From a virus (taxonomy: Duplodnaviria; Caudoviricetes): a stretch of 64,000 bases of DNA. The stretch's first letter is position 1. Every line of letters begins with the position of its first letter. Positions 1 through 8,442 of this stretch are shown here, in pieces. Made by a program: the position numbers and the translations under genes. The notes beneath the pieces were generated by a model. That model did no database searches. It was given only the letters and a program-made list of their open reading frames with translations, and was not told the DNA's origin. The stretch lies in the IMG/VR virus record IMGVR_UViG_3300020577_010873, positions 1 through 64,000 of that record; one strand, written 5' to 3'.

Positions 1-131
1 TACTCAATCACGCGCACGCGGTCACGACCCCAGGAGGGGGGGGGTGGGCATAAGTTGCCGGTCGGTGGTGGTCGGCGAATCGGACTGGTTGGAGTCCGGC
101 GAGGCGACCCAGGGAGCGAGGCGGAAACGGA

Positions 132-158
132 AACGCCCCGGGTTTCGTCCGGGGCGTT
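132..158 (-). terminator. GC-rich hairpin, likely terminator of the leftward early unit
   Basis: AACGCCCCGG/CCGGGGCGTT 10-bp stem followed on the minus strand by TCCGTTTCC. Confidence 0.55.
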
Positions 159-227
159 GGCGGGTGGGTCGGGTGTCAGCGTTCGATCTCGTCGCGATCC
201 CTCATGGCGTAGAGACGTGGTGAATGA

Positions 228-692
228 TCATTGGGCCACTCCCTGATCTCGAATCGTCACCATGGGATTATCTCCGGCGTACCCTCGCCGAGGTTCCGCG
301 ATTTCGCTGTCGTCGGTATTGACCTCTACGACCGTCACGGCGCATGAGACCAGAGCATAGGCTTCCGCCGCCGCTTCGGCGGTCGCGGCCTCCAATGTTT
401 TCACCACAAATCCGTCAGTACATTTCCAGCGCCTGGTCCGATTGGAGACGTCGGACTCCCACAGAGCCACCAGCGCGGTCCGCATACTCTCCGCGCTGAT
501 CTCCGACCATCGATCGTCTCCATCGGAGACTCGGTCGGAGAGGAGACCCATCTGGTATTCGGATGCGGCATCGAGGCCGAGCCGGGCGATGTCGGAGAGG
601 ACGGCGGCTTCGTCGGTTTTGATCCAGTCAGAGGCTGAGGGTTTCATGGTTGCTGCGATTTTTCGCTTCCGGGAACCGCCCGGTCGGGTCAT
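228..692 (-). CDS. Hypothetical phage protein
   Basis: 154-aa ORF, ATG 25 nt downstream of a TTGACA-N17-TACAAC promoter. Confidence 0.65.
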   Translation of the reverse strand: MTRPGGSRKRKIAATMKPSASDWIKTDEAAVLSDIARLGLDAASEYQMGLLSDRVSDGDDRWSEISAESMRTALVALWESDVSNRTRRWKCTDGFVVKTLEAATAEAAAEAYALVSCAVTVVEVNTDDSEIAEPRRGYAGDNPMVTIRDQGVAQ

Positions 693-716
693 CCGATTCT
701 CGGCTGACGTGCCGCT

Positions 717-745
717 GTTGTACTACTGCGCGCCGGCAGTGTCAA
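717..745 (-). promoter_or_regulatory. Sigma70-like promoter TTGACA-N17-TACAAC
   Basis: Perfect -35 hexamer and 17-nt spacer; shares GCGCAGTAGTACAAC with the promoter at 1948-1976. Confidence 0.7.
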
Positions 746-800
746 CAGGAAAACGGTTGACGCCGCGAGGCTCAATCCGTGGGGGGTGTGGCTACCGCGG

Positions 801-1640
801 CTACCGCGACGAGGGCAAGGACGGAGTCGAGACGCATGCTTCCTGCGTAGCGTCATCGGGTGCCACGAGCAAGCGCATTTGACCGCTGGCCGCCAGCACG
901 TTCTCGGTGTCGGAAAAGAAACTGTCGAGTTGGCGAGCCATGGCGCACAGTTGCGCCATGGCTGTGTGGAAGAACTCGGCGACTTCCGCAGTAAACGGCA
1001 CTTCGCGCACGCGTTGCATGTACGGGTGGCTGCTCCAGCGATCTGTTTCGATGCCGGTCCAGCTGTTGAGCTTCCAGATCGCGCAAGCGTCTCGGTTATT
1101 CCTGTCGTCCGGAGAGAATCCCGCGGACACGCGCTCGTACCGTGTCGTCGCTCCGGCTGACCGACGCGTCTCGATCTTGTCGAAGACCGCCGCGGCCAGC
1201 CCGATACGGTAAAGCGCGGTGCGGTTGATGGCGTCCAGCTGCGCAGCCCCGGCATACTTCGGTTGCCACCAGCCTCCACCGCTTCCGACGCTACCATTGG
1301 GAGCAATGACGCCGTCGTTCTGCTGCCAGAACGAGACTTGGCTGTCCATCACGAACCGGATGACACGGGTGCGAACCTCTTCACCGGCGGCGTACGCCTC
1401 AGCGGCCTTGCGCAACAGGACCTTCAACTTGTCGAGACTCGTACACGTGGCGACATGGCGCGTAGCGGTCTTTTCGATGCCAGCATCGAGCTTCGCCAGC
1501 GCGAGCACAGGCGCGTGCAACTCGGAAGGAATGCCTGCCTTAAAGATGCCTGCGTCGGTTACCCAGCAATCGGTTCGAAGGACGTAATGAACACCGTCGC
1601 GACCTTCGACTTTGGCCGTGATGTCAGGCAGCTTCGGCAT
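801..1640 (-). CDS. Hypothetical protein, 279 aa (start MPKLPD)
   Basis: Long ORF; start moved to ATG 1640, downstream of the 1684-1899 gene. Confidence 0.7.
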   Translation of the reverse strand: MPKLPDITAKVEGRDGVHYVLRTDCWVTDAGIFKAGIPSELHAPVLALAKLDAGIEKTATRHVATCTSLDKLKVLLRKAAEAYAAGEEVRTRVIRFVMDSQVSFWQQNDGVIAPNGSVGSGGGWWQPKYAGAAQLDAINRTALYRIGLAAAVFDKIETRRSAGATTRYERVSAGFSPDDRNNRDACAIWKLNSWTGIETDRWSSHPYMQRVREVPFTAEVAEFFHTAMAQLCAMARQLDSFFSDTENVLAASGQMRLLVAPDDATQEACVSTPSLPSSR

Positions 1641-1683
1641 GCGGAAACCGTATACGTTTCGGTGGTGGCGGGTGGGTCGGGTG

Positions 1684-1899
1684 TCAGCGTCGGCGAAGAC
1701 GGTCCGCGAGTGGGATCGAGCAATCGCTTTCCTGTTTCGAGTCGTAACACTCCGGACTGATCCGGAAGGTTCCCCGGGTGTTGCTGAGGGTGTGGCCGTT
1801 GGCCAGTAGCCAGCGTTCCATGGCGGCACCGCTGGCGAATACGCGGTTGCCTGGGGTGATCCTGATTTCGCGTCCGGCTATGTAGGCTGTCAGTTTCAT
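1684..1899 (-). CDS. Small hypothetical protein
   Basis: 71-aa ORF directly downstream of promoter 1908-1936. Confidence 0.65.
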   Translation of the reverse strand: MKLTAYIAGREIRITPGNRVFASGAAMERWLLANGHTLSNTRGTFRISPECYDSKQESDCSIPLADRLRRR

Positions 1900-1907
1900 G
1901 TGGTGCC

Positions 1908-1936
1908 TTTGTACTGCTTGGTCTTTCTCGTGTCAA
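1908..1936 (-). promoter_or_regulatory. Sigma70-like promoter TTGACA-N17-TACAAA
   Basis: Back-to-back with the plus-strand promoter; the two -35 boxes form the near-palindrome TGTCAACAGGATTCTTGTTGACA. Confidence 0.7.
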
Positions 1937-1947
1937 CAGGATTCTTG

Positions 1948-1976
1948 TTGACATCACCGGGGCGCAGTAGTACAAC
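1948..1976 (+). promoter_or_regulatory. Sigma70-like promoter TTGACA-N17-TACAAC, probably leaderless
   Basis: The -10 box ends 7 nt before ATG 1983. Confidence 0.7.
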
Positions 1977-1982
1977 ACGCAC

Positions 1983-2441
1983 ATGCCGCAACCGAAATTC
2001 CAATATCTATCAGCCTCAAACACGTACCAAGCGCGGCTGATCGCGCTGGGCAATGCGGGAGCGCAGGAGCGGGCCAATGCGCGAGCGAAACGGGCCGCGC
2101 AGGCGGCGGAGCGGCAGGCGGCACGGCAAGCCGCGTGTGAGGCGGGCCGGGCGGAGCGGGAGGCTAAAGCGGCGGCTGATGCGCAGGCGCAGGCGGAGGC
2201 GGAGCGCCGCAACCGCGAGCGGTTCGCGTGGCTCTTGGACGTTCTGCAATATCACACTGGCGGGTTTTGCCAGTCGATAGCGGCGGAGCTTGTCCGGTTC
2301 GGTCGTCTCCCGACGGGCCGCGGGCTGGGTATCCTGCGCGAGATTTACGCAAAGGACATGGGTGGGCGGGTGGGCTCGAAAGATTTCGAGGAAGCTTGCG
2401 AGCGGTTCGACACCCTTTTCCGGGGAGGGCTTGACGTATGA
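1983..2441 (+). CDS. Hypothetical coiled-coil protein
   Basis: First gene of the rightward unit; Ala/Arg/Glu-rich helix. Confidence 0.75.
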   Translation: MPQPKFQYLSASNTYQARLIALGNAGAQERANARAKRAAQAAERQAARQAACEAGRAEREAKAAADAQAQAEAERRNRERFAWLLDVLQYHTGGFCQSIAAELVRFGRLPTGRGLGILREIYAKDMGGRVGSKDFEEACERFDTLFRGGLDV

Positions 2442-2752
2442 ACCTGCGCGACGCACGGCGGGAGGTTCACCGGCTCGCCCGGTTGGACGCCTGGGGACCT
2501 GGGGACGGGCGGAAATGGGATGCCGCGTCGGCGGGGATGGTCGCGGCCGGGTGGTGCCCGGATTGCGAGGCGCAGGGGGTGCGCGAGGGTAACGGGCACC
2601 GGGCGAGGCTCGGGGAGTACAGCCATCCCGATCAGTGGAACCACGGCGGACGCTGGTGTCTGACGTGCGAGGAGTTTTTCCTGATGGGCGATCAGGACAT
2701 GGGGTTAGAGCCGGTCTATGGCGATATTTCGGACGCGGACCCCGGGCTATGA
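2438..2752 (+). CDS. Hypothetical Zn-ribbon-like protein
   Basis: ATGA overlap; CPDC and CLTC pairs. Confidence 0.7.
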   Translation: MNLRDARREVHRLARLDAWGPGDGRKWDAASAGMVAAGWCPDCEAQGVREGNGHRARLGEYSHPDQWNHGGRWCLTCEEFFLMGDQDMGLEPVYGDISDADPGL

Positions 2753-3147
2753 CTTCGGCGCGTGCCCCTTCGCGGGGGCACTGGCCGGCGCCAAGCCGGG
2801 ACAAACCTATGAGCGAGACCAAAACAGAGAGGTGCGGTAACTGCGGTTGGACGGGGCCGGAGTCGGCCTTGCGGTGCGGGTTTACGGAGATCGAAGACTT
2901 TTGGAGTCGTGTCGAACCCGGCGAAGTGGTCCCAGTTGGCGAGTGCCCCGAATGCGGTGGGCTTGCGGTGCCGTTCGATGATGCCAACGCGCGCCTGATC
3001 GCGGCGGCTCCGGAGTTGCTGGCCTCGCTTTCGGAGATTGTCCGCAAGTCGTATCTGCGGCCGGGGCAGCATGAGGATTGCCACGTGCATCCTGATTTGA
3101 TCGAGCGGGCGCGGGCGGTCGTGGCCTCAGTTCAACAATCCGCTTGA
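2749..3147 (+). CDS. Hypothetical phage protein with Zn finger and ANARLIAAAPEL motif (start 2749 or 2809)
   Basis: CGNC and CPEC pairs; common phage motif NARLIAAAPELL. Confidence 0.7.
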   Translation: MTSARAPSRGHWPAPSRDKPMSETKTERCGNCGWTGPESALRCGFTEIEDFWSRVEPGEVVPVGECPECGGLAVPFDDANARLIAAAPELLASLSEIVRKSYLRPGQHEDCHVHPDLIERARAVVASVQQSA

Positions 3148-3200
3148 CGCGCTCCTCCGCTAGCAATACAAAGCACCCCACGCAAAGCACCCCTGATCCT

Positions 3201-3578
3201 ATGCTCAAATGCTCTGGCCAGATTATTGAAATCCCCGGCGGCGGAACGATGACGATCGCGCGGGCCGACGTTTGGAAGTGGATAACGCCCGCAATTATCA
3301 CCCGCACGGGGACCGATGTTGAGGAGTGGCGCGTCCGGGCCTTCCTGCTTCTCGATGACGTGCCAACCTCGGACGAAGCCGACGAAGCTGACGAAGCATT
3401 CGAGGAGTTGCACGGTTGGATTCTGTCGAGGCTGTGCGCTTTGATGGCCATACCTGCACCTCGCCCCCGCATCAATCTGATGTGCCGGTCGTGGGTGGAG
3501 GATCCTGACTTGCGGATTTACACGCCAGGCCGTCCCACGATGGGATTTTTCTCGTGTGAGGGGGGGAGGATGGTTTGA
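3201..3578 (+). CDS. Hypothetical protein (start 3144 or 3201)
   Basis: ORF in a co-oriented gene run. Confidence 0.55.
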   Translation: MLKCSGQIIEIPGGGTMTIARADVWKWITPAIITRTGTDVEEWRVRAFLLLDDVPTSDEADEADEAFEELHGWILSRLCALMAIPAPRPRINLMCRSWVEDPDLRIYTPGRPTMGFFSCEGGRMV

Positions 3579-3658
3579 CCCAACGTCGCCCCCTGAGGTT
3601 CGGGGGGCTAGGCCGGGCCAACCGGAAACCAAAACCACAAACCCTAACCTGCAAAACC

Positions 3659-4093
3659 ATGACCGAAACGCAAAGACCCACACTGACCCGTGCCGACTCC
3701 GAGATCCTTCGGCACTTCATTCCCCCGCTGCAAATGCGGACCATCCGAAGCGCCATGATGGGCGAGGAAGGCGACTTCTTCCGCGCCAAAATGACGGAGT
3801 TGGCCGGCATCATCCGGGGCATGCCCAAGACCGGGGAGACCGATTCCCAGTCCGATCCTACGGTTTACCTGCATTACTTCGCGGGAGGGCAGGCGAATTT
3901 CTGGATCACCGAGAAGGACGCGGGGTGCGAGGATGACGCCCAGGAAGATCGCGGGGTTCAGCAGCAGGCTTTCGGGTGCGCTGACCTTTTCGGCGGCGAG
4001 TTAGGCTACATCTCCCTTCCCGAGATTTTCAGCGGCCGGGGGGAACTGGACCTGCATTGGACTCCTAAGCCCCTGAGCGAGTGCCGAAAATGA
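3659..4093 (+). CDS. DUF2958-like protein
   Basis: FWITEKD...FGCADL...ELGYISLPEI...ELDLHWTPKPLSE pattern. Confidence 0.7.
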   Translation: MTETQRPTLTRADSEILRHFIPPLQMRTIRSAMMGEEGDFFRAKMTELAGIIRGMPKTGETDSQSDPTVYLHYFAGGQANFWITEKDAGCEDDAQEDRGVQQQAFGCADLFGGELGYISLPEIFSGRGELDLHWTPKPLSECRK

Positions 4094-4389
4094 GCACCAC
4101 CACCCACATGGACGAACTTGCTGCGGCCGGCATCGCCATGGACAGCCACGAATCGGATTTGTACGTGGCGGATAGCCCGCAGGCGCGGGAGATCCTCGGT
4201 CGGCACGGCTACGGGTTCACGATGTTCCGGAATGAGGCACCGCCGCATGTGGGCGAGGTTTGGCTGGACGTGCCGTTCGCGTTCCTGCCGTGGTGGGCGA
4301 AGCGGGCCGATGACGCGGTGGTCGTCGAAGTGATTTTTGGCCACCGACGGCCATACAACGCAACACGAGGAACACCATGCGGGGGATGA
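4090..4389 (+). CDS. Conserved hypothetical phage protein
   Basis: ATGA overlap; DSHESDLYV...WLDVPFAF motif. Confidence 0.7.
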   Translation: MSTTTHMDELAAAGIAMDSHESDLYVADSPQAREILGRHGYGFTMFRNEAPPHVGEVWLDVPFAFLPWWAKRADDAVVVEVIFGHRRPYNATRGTPCGG

Positions 4390-4476
4390 CAAAGCCCCCA
4401 GTCGATTCGAGTGCCGGCCCAAGACACAATTTGCCACTTGGGCCGGCCAGCGAGGCGACAACCTCGAAAGAGAACC

Positions 4477-4803
4477 ATGAAAACGAAACCGACCATATAC
4501 CGACAAGGCGACGTGCTGCTTCAGCGGGTTGAGAATACACCCACGAACCTAACTCCCATCCCACGCGAGGGAGGAAAAGTTGTGTTGGCTCACGGAGAAG
4601 TCACCGGCCACGCGCACGCGATTGCGGATTCTGGAGTGCGATTCGGTCGCGACGGTTCCGGAGTCACATATCTCGAAATTGCTGATGCGCTGGCCATGCT
4701 GACGCACCAAGAGCACGGCACGATAGAGCTTCCGCAAGGGACATACCGTGTTACTCGACAACGCGAATATTCGCCCGAGGCAATCCGCAACGTCGCCGAT
4801 TAA
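4477..4803 (+). CDS. His-rich conserved protein (RQGDV...LAHGEVTGHAH...HQEH), usual partner of DUF6745 genes
   Basis: Motifs YRQGDVLL, GEVTGHAH, LTHQEHGTI, RQREY. Confidence 0.8.
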   Translation: MKTKPTIYRQGDVLLQRVENTPTNLTPIPREGGKVVLAHGEVTGHAHAIADSGVRFGRDGSGVTYLEIADALAMLTHQEHGTIELPQGTYRVTRQREYSPEAIRNVAD

Positions 4804-4807
4804 GACC

Positions 4808-6049
4808 ATGAAAACTCAACTCACACCCGAAGAATTAGAGCGGCTACCATCCGTGCGAGACAGGTGGCTGAAGGTCGGCTTGTCCACAGGACCGTGCAAT
4901 CGAGAAAAAGCGTGGCTGGGAATTTGTGATGCGTACCGAATTGCCGGACTCAATCCTCCGCGCTTCCAAGTTTGGATGGAATCACCGTTGAAATCGGTTC
5001 TTGCGTGCTCAATCCTCGCCCACGACCAAGTCCACGCCCAAGTCCGCGACCAAGTCCTCGCCCAAGTCCGCGCCCAAGTCCGCGACCAAGTCCACGCCCA
5101 AGTCAGCGACCAAGTCCGCGACCAAGTCCACGCCCAAGTCCGCGACCAAGTCCACGCCCAAGTCATCGACCAAGTCCGCGACCAAGTCCACGCCCAAGTC
5201 CGCGACCAAGTCCTCGCCCAAGTCCGCGCCCAAGTCCGCGACCAAGTCCGCGACCAAGTCCACGCCCAAGTCATCGACCAAGTCCGCGCCCAAGTCAGCG
5301 ACCAAGTCCTCGCCCAAGTCCACGCCCAAGTCAGCGACCAAGTCCTCGCCCAAGTCCACGACCAAGTCCGCGCCCAAGTCCACGCCCAAGTCCACGCCCA
5401 AGTCCTCGACCAAGTCGGCGACTTTACTTGGGGATGGTGGAATCCTGGGCAATTCGATTCGTTTTGGCTGTCGTTTTACGATGCACTTCGCAATTACTGC
5501 GAGTTTTCAAAACTTTCTGGACTCATAGCTATCGCCGAACACAGCGCCATGGTTTGGATGTTTCGGGATGTGGTTGTTTTCTGCGAACGTCCGACCTCCA
5601 TTTCCAGAGACGAGCAACATAGGATTCACAGCGATTCCGGACCTGCGGTTGGGTTCAGTGACGGTTGGGGAGTGTGGGCTATTCACGGCGTGCGTGTTCC
5701 GAGATACGTGGTTGAATCGCCTTCTGAGATCACGGTCGAAAAAATCGAGTCGGAGAACAACGCGGAGGTCCGGCGCGTGATGATCGAACGCTACAGCACG
5801 GATCGCTACTTGCTAGATTCTAAAGCCGAGAAGATCCACGAGGACGATTTTGGTACACTGTTGCGCAAAGAAATACCCGGAGACGAACCGCTTGTGATGG
5901 TAAAGGTGGTTAATTCAACCCCCGATCCAGACGGAAGCTTCAAGGATTACTTCTTGCGCGTTCCCCCGACAATGCAACGCGCCCGAGAGGCGGTGGCGTG
6001 GACGTTTGGAGTGGAAGAATCAGATTACGAACCCGCTATCGAGACATGA
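4808..6049 (+). CDS. DUF6745-like protein with an internal tetrapeptide repeat
   Basis: RIHSDSGPAVGFSDGWGVWAIHGVRVP and VVNSTPDPDGSFKDYFLRVPP motifs. Confidence 0.8.
   Translation: MKTQLTPEELERLPSVRDRWLKVGLSTGPCNREKAWLGICDAYRIAGLNPPRFQVWMESPLKSVLACSILAHDQVHAQVRDQVLAQVRAQVRDQVHAQVSDQVRDQVHAQVRDQVHAQVIDQVRDQVHAQVRDQVLAQVRAQVRDQVRDQVHAQVIDQVRAQVSDQVLAQVHAQVSDQVLAQVHDQVRAQVHAQVHAQVLDQVGDFTWGWWNPGQFDSFWLSFYDALRNYCEFSKLSGLIAIAEHSAMVWMFRDVVVFCERPTSISRDEQHRIHSDSGPAVGFSDGWGVWAIHGVRVPRYVVESPSEITVEKIESENNAEVRRVMIERYSTDRYLLDSKAEKIHEDDFGTLLRKEIPGDEPLVMVKVVNSTPDPDGSFKDYFLRVPPTMQRAREAVAWTFGVEESDYEPAIET
5021..5416 (+). repeat. 33 tandem 12-bp units encoding (R/H/L/S/I)(D/A)QV
   Basis: CAAGTC is invariant in every unit; units counted from the translation. 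Confidence 0.95.
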
Positions 6050-6276
6050 CAATCGAGAAAAAGATCGAGTGCAGGATTCGGGCAATCGCGTATTGCAACG
6101 CGGTTGACGTGGTTGGCAGGGCACGCCGGTCGTTGCCCGAGTGGGCTGGGGTGACACTGGCGAGGCAGCGCGAGCTTTCGTTCTGGTGCCGAAATCTTCC
6201 GGCCCTGAAGCCGGCGGTGCGCGAGGCTACCCGGGAAGGCATTCGGGCATGGAAGGAGGCCAGCCGTGCCGCGTAA
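6046..6276 (+). CDS. Hypothetical protein
   Basis: ATGA overlap with the upstream stop. Confidence 0.6.
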   Translation: MTIEKKIECRIRAIAYCNAVDVVGRARRSLPEWAGVTLARQRELSFWCRNLPALKPAVREATREGIRAWKEASRAA

Positions 6277-6469
6277 CCCTGCATGGAGGGCGGCGAGCCG
6301 CATCCGGTGGCGGGAGTCGGCGTCGAGCGCAGTGCGTTCCCGGGTGGGGGCGATGGTGGCGCGAGGCGTGACGGACGTGGGGACGATCGCGGTTCGTCTC
6401 GGCATCCACACTTCGACAGTCAACCGCGTGATCGAGGAGCTTCGGAAACCACAACCAACAAATCCATGA
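6266..6469 (+). CDS. Small HTH protein
   Basis: VGTIAVRLGIHTSTVNRVI helix-turn-helix pattern. Confidence 0.6.
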   Translation: MPRNPAWRAASRIRWRESASSAVRSRVGAMVARGVTDVGTIAVRLGIHTSTVNRVIEELRKPQPTNP

Positions 6470-6657
6470 GCGCCAAACTGACTACACCGACGGGTATGCA
6501 AATCGACAAAGCCTCATTTGAGGAGGCCGCAAGACCTCTAATGAAGTGGCTGGCCCTTCACATGCACCCCCACGCTACCGTTATCGTCGAGAACAACAGC
6601 GCCCAACTGGTGGAGGGCGTTGTGTGTTACCGAACCGACGAGTTTATCCCTGACTGA
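6466..6657 (+). CDS. Conserved small phage protein
   Basis: FEEAARPLMKWL...HPHATVIV motif. Confidence 0.7.
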   Translation: MSAKLTTPTGMQIDKASFEEAARPLMKWLALHMHPHATVIVENNSAQLVEGVVCYRTDEFIPD

Positions 6658-6731
6658 CGGTCCCGCCCCGTGCGCGAGTGCGGGGTGAGGCCGGGAGTCT
6701 CCCGGTCAAACCCAAAACCAAAAGGCAACAA

Positions 6732-7301
6732 ATGAGTCTGGCAAACATCCTCCAAGCGAGGGCAACACAAAGCGCGACGAAGCAAGACGGTATCGTGATC
6801 ACCGACCCCGAGACCATCGCCCAGGCCACGGAGTGGCTGAAGGCCAAGCGGGAGTTCGACGGCGCCGAGTCGTCGAAGAAGATGGCGGAGGCGAACCTCA
6901 AGCCGGCCCTGCTGATCGCGTGGCTGGCGGCGAATCACAAGCGGTCGAAGCCCGAGAGTTCGGTCAAGATCCAGACCCCGGCGGGGCGAGTGACTTGCTC
7001 GTTTCAAGCCCGCTGGTTCCCCCAGGCCCCGCTTTCCACGATGGGAGTGCCGGCGGAGTTCGTGCGGAGCAAGGCGAGCATCAAGATCGACATGGACAAG
7101 GTTCCGGAGGCCCAACAGGAGAAGCTGGCGACGGCCATCCTGGCGGCGGTCGATGGGCTGGGATGCTCCGAGGCGGCGGAGATCAAATTCTCCGAGTACC
7201 CGGCCACGACGTTCGAGGCTGGCCGGCATGCGCTGGACCCCGAGCGCAACTTGGCGTTCGAGACGGCTGGCCTTGGCACCGTGGTTTCTCTGCGCGCCTG
7301 A
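6732..7301 (+). CDS. Hypothetical protein
   Basis: 189-aa ORF with an A/C-rich leader. Confidence 0.7.
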   Translation: MSLANILQARATQSATKQDGIVITDPETIAQATEWLKAKREFDGAESSKKMAEANLKPALLIAWLAANHKRSKPESSVKIQTPAGRVTCSFQARWFPQAPLSTMGVPAEFVRSKASIKIDMDKVPEAQQEKLATAILAAVDGLGCSEAAEIKFSEYPATTFEAGRHALDPERNLAFETAGLGTVVSLRA

Positions 7302-7305
7302 TCCC

Positions 7306-7401
7306 ATGAACTCCCGACACCTTCGACTGCGGTGGTTCCTCGCCGGTCTCCTGATGGGATCGGCGGGGGTTTACCTCGCGGTCGTACTCACCACACTCTG
7401 A
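7306..7401 (+). CDS. 31-aa single-pass membrane peptide
   Basis: MNSRHLRLRWFLAGLLMGSAGVYLAVVLTTL; TGATG overlap with the next gene. Confidence 0.5.
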   Translation: MNSRHLRLRWFLAGLLMGSAGVYLAVVLTTL

Positions 7402-7631
7402 TGAATGCCACACTGAGATGGGGAATCCGCGCCATGCAAATGGTCGGATGGAACCGAACATTCAAGCCCGGCACACGGTGGGAGACCACCGCAGGTGGAA
7501 TCGTTGAAATCTGCTCCGAGTCATGGATCAGCCGCAGACTGAATATCGTGGCGGTAGTGAGTATCAACGGACGCACGCCACGTATCTCCTCGTTCGACGC
7601 CCTCAACCTAAAAGCCCTATGTATCGCGTGA
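7401..7631 (+). CDS. Hypothetical protein
   Basis: Translationally coupled ORF. Confidence 0.5.
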   Translation: MNATLRWGIRAMQMVGWNRTFKPGTRWETTAGGIVEICSESWISRRLNIVAVVSINGRTPRISSFDALNLKALCIA

Positions 7632-7861
7632 AATACCAAACCCCGACGGGATTCAAGGACGCCGGGGAGTTCGAGACGTTCGACGAGGCGAATGCCGAAT
7701 GCGCCCGCATTCTTGAATCCCACCCCGAGTCCTGCCCGGTGATCACTGGGGAACCGAGTGCCGTAAGTGGGCTGCTGGTGATCGGCGGGCTGCTGATCGC
7801 CATGGCCCTCGTGGGCTACGGCGTATTCCGACTGCTCAAACCGTACTTCCTGATCGAATGA
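7619..7861 (+). CDS. Small protein with a C-terminal transmembrane helix
   Basis: Hydrophobic segment GLLVIGGLLIAMALVGYGVF. Confidence 0.6.
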   Translation: MYRVKYQTPTGFKDAGEFETFDEANAECARILESHPESCPVITGEPSAVSGLLVIGGLLIAMALVGYGVFRLLKPYFLIE

Positions 7862-8442
7862 ACACCACCACCGCAATTCAACCTCCGCCGTGCCCGATGC
7901 GTCCAGGGCGGTCGCTGGGGGAGATACGCAACAACTGGACGCTCCCCGGATGGGGATGGCAACCGAAGGTGAACGAGGAGCGGGCGATCTTCCGCCACTT
8001 CGACGCCACCCTTTGGAACCGCCACGGGCAGCCGTTCGACACCTACAAAGCCGCGCACTTCCGCGATGCCCTGCAAGGCATGGCTTCCTTTGCCGGGGGC
8101 GACCGCGACTTGGTTGACCTGGGGCTGGTCGGGCTGCGGGACAAGTCGGCTTTCGGCGAGTCCCGCGGGGCGGTCATCGTCTACGACCTGCCGTCTTCCC
8201 TGCCCTGGAGGGAGCGTTACCGGATCCTGAGTGACTTGGTTCCACCGATCGACCTGATCGCGGGCGAGCGGATGTTGCCCGGGATGATCTACCGGCTGCC
8301 CGAGGAGTACCACGCCGGTCAGATTTTCGAGCGCACGGCCGGCGTTCCCGGGTTGGAGGGCGTGGTGGGGCGCAACCTCGAATCACCGTACATCTACGCC
8401 GAGACCGCGCAGATGGCCAAAGCGAAATGGAGTGGGAAATGA
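7858..8442 (+). CDS. Stand-alone ATP-dependent ligase adenylation (nucleotidyltransferase) domain
   Basis: Motif I-like QPKVNEERA, motif IV-like GLEGVVGRNLESPY, terminal AKAK; no OB domain. Confidence 0.6.
   Translation: MNTTTAIQPPPCPMRPGRSLGEIRNNWTLPGWGWQPKVNEERAIFRHFDATLWNRHGQPFDTYKAAHFRDALQGMASFAGGDRDLVDLGLVGLRDKSAFGESRGAVIVYDLPSSLPWRERYRILSDLVPPIDLIAGERMLPGMIYRLPEEYHAGQIFERTAGVPGLEGVVGRNLESPYIYAETAQMAKAKWSGK

Noticed and set aside
34-47. G-run as a G-quadruplex or genome terminus
   Set aside because: A single homopolymer tract near the window edge, with nothing else supporting it
183-231. Chain of two 9-aa ATGA-coupled micro-ORFs (MIIHHVSTP, MRDRDEIER)
   Set aside because: Too short to support without ribosome profiling
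5021-5416. CRISPR array
   Set aside because: Contiguous 12-bp in-frame coding units with no unique spacers and no cas genes
6665-6710. Two hairpins (GCGA loop; CCGGGA/TCCCGG) as an ncRNA
   Set aside because: Short and independent; adequately explained as an intergenic terminator or stability element
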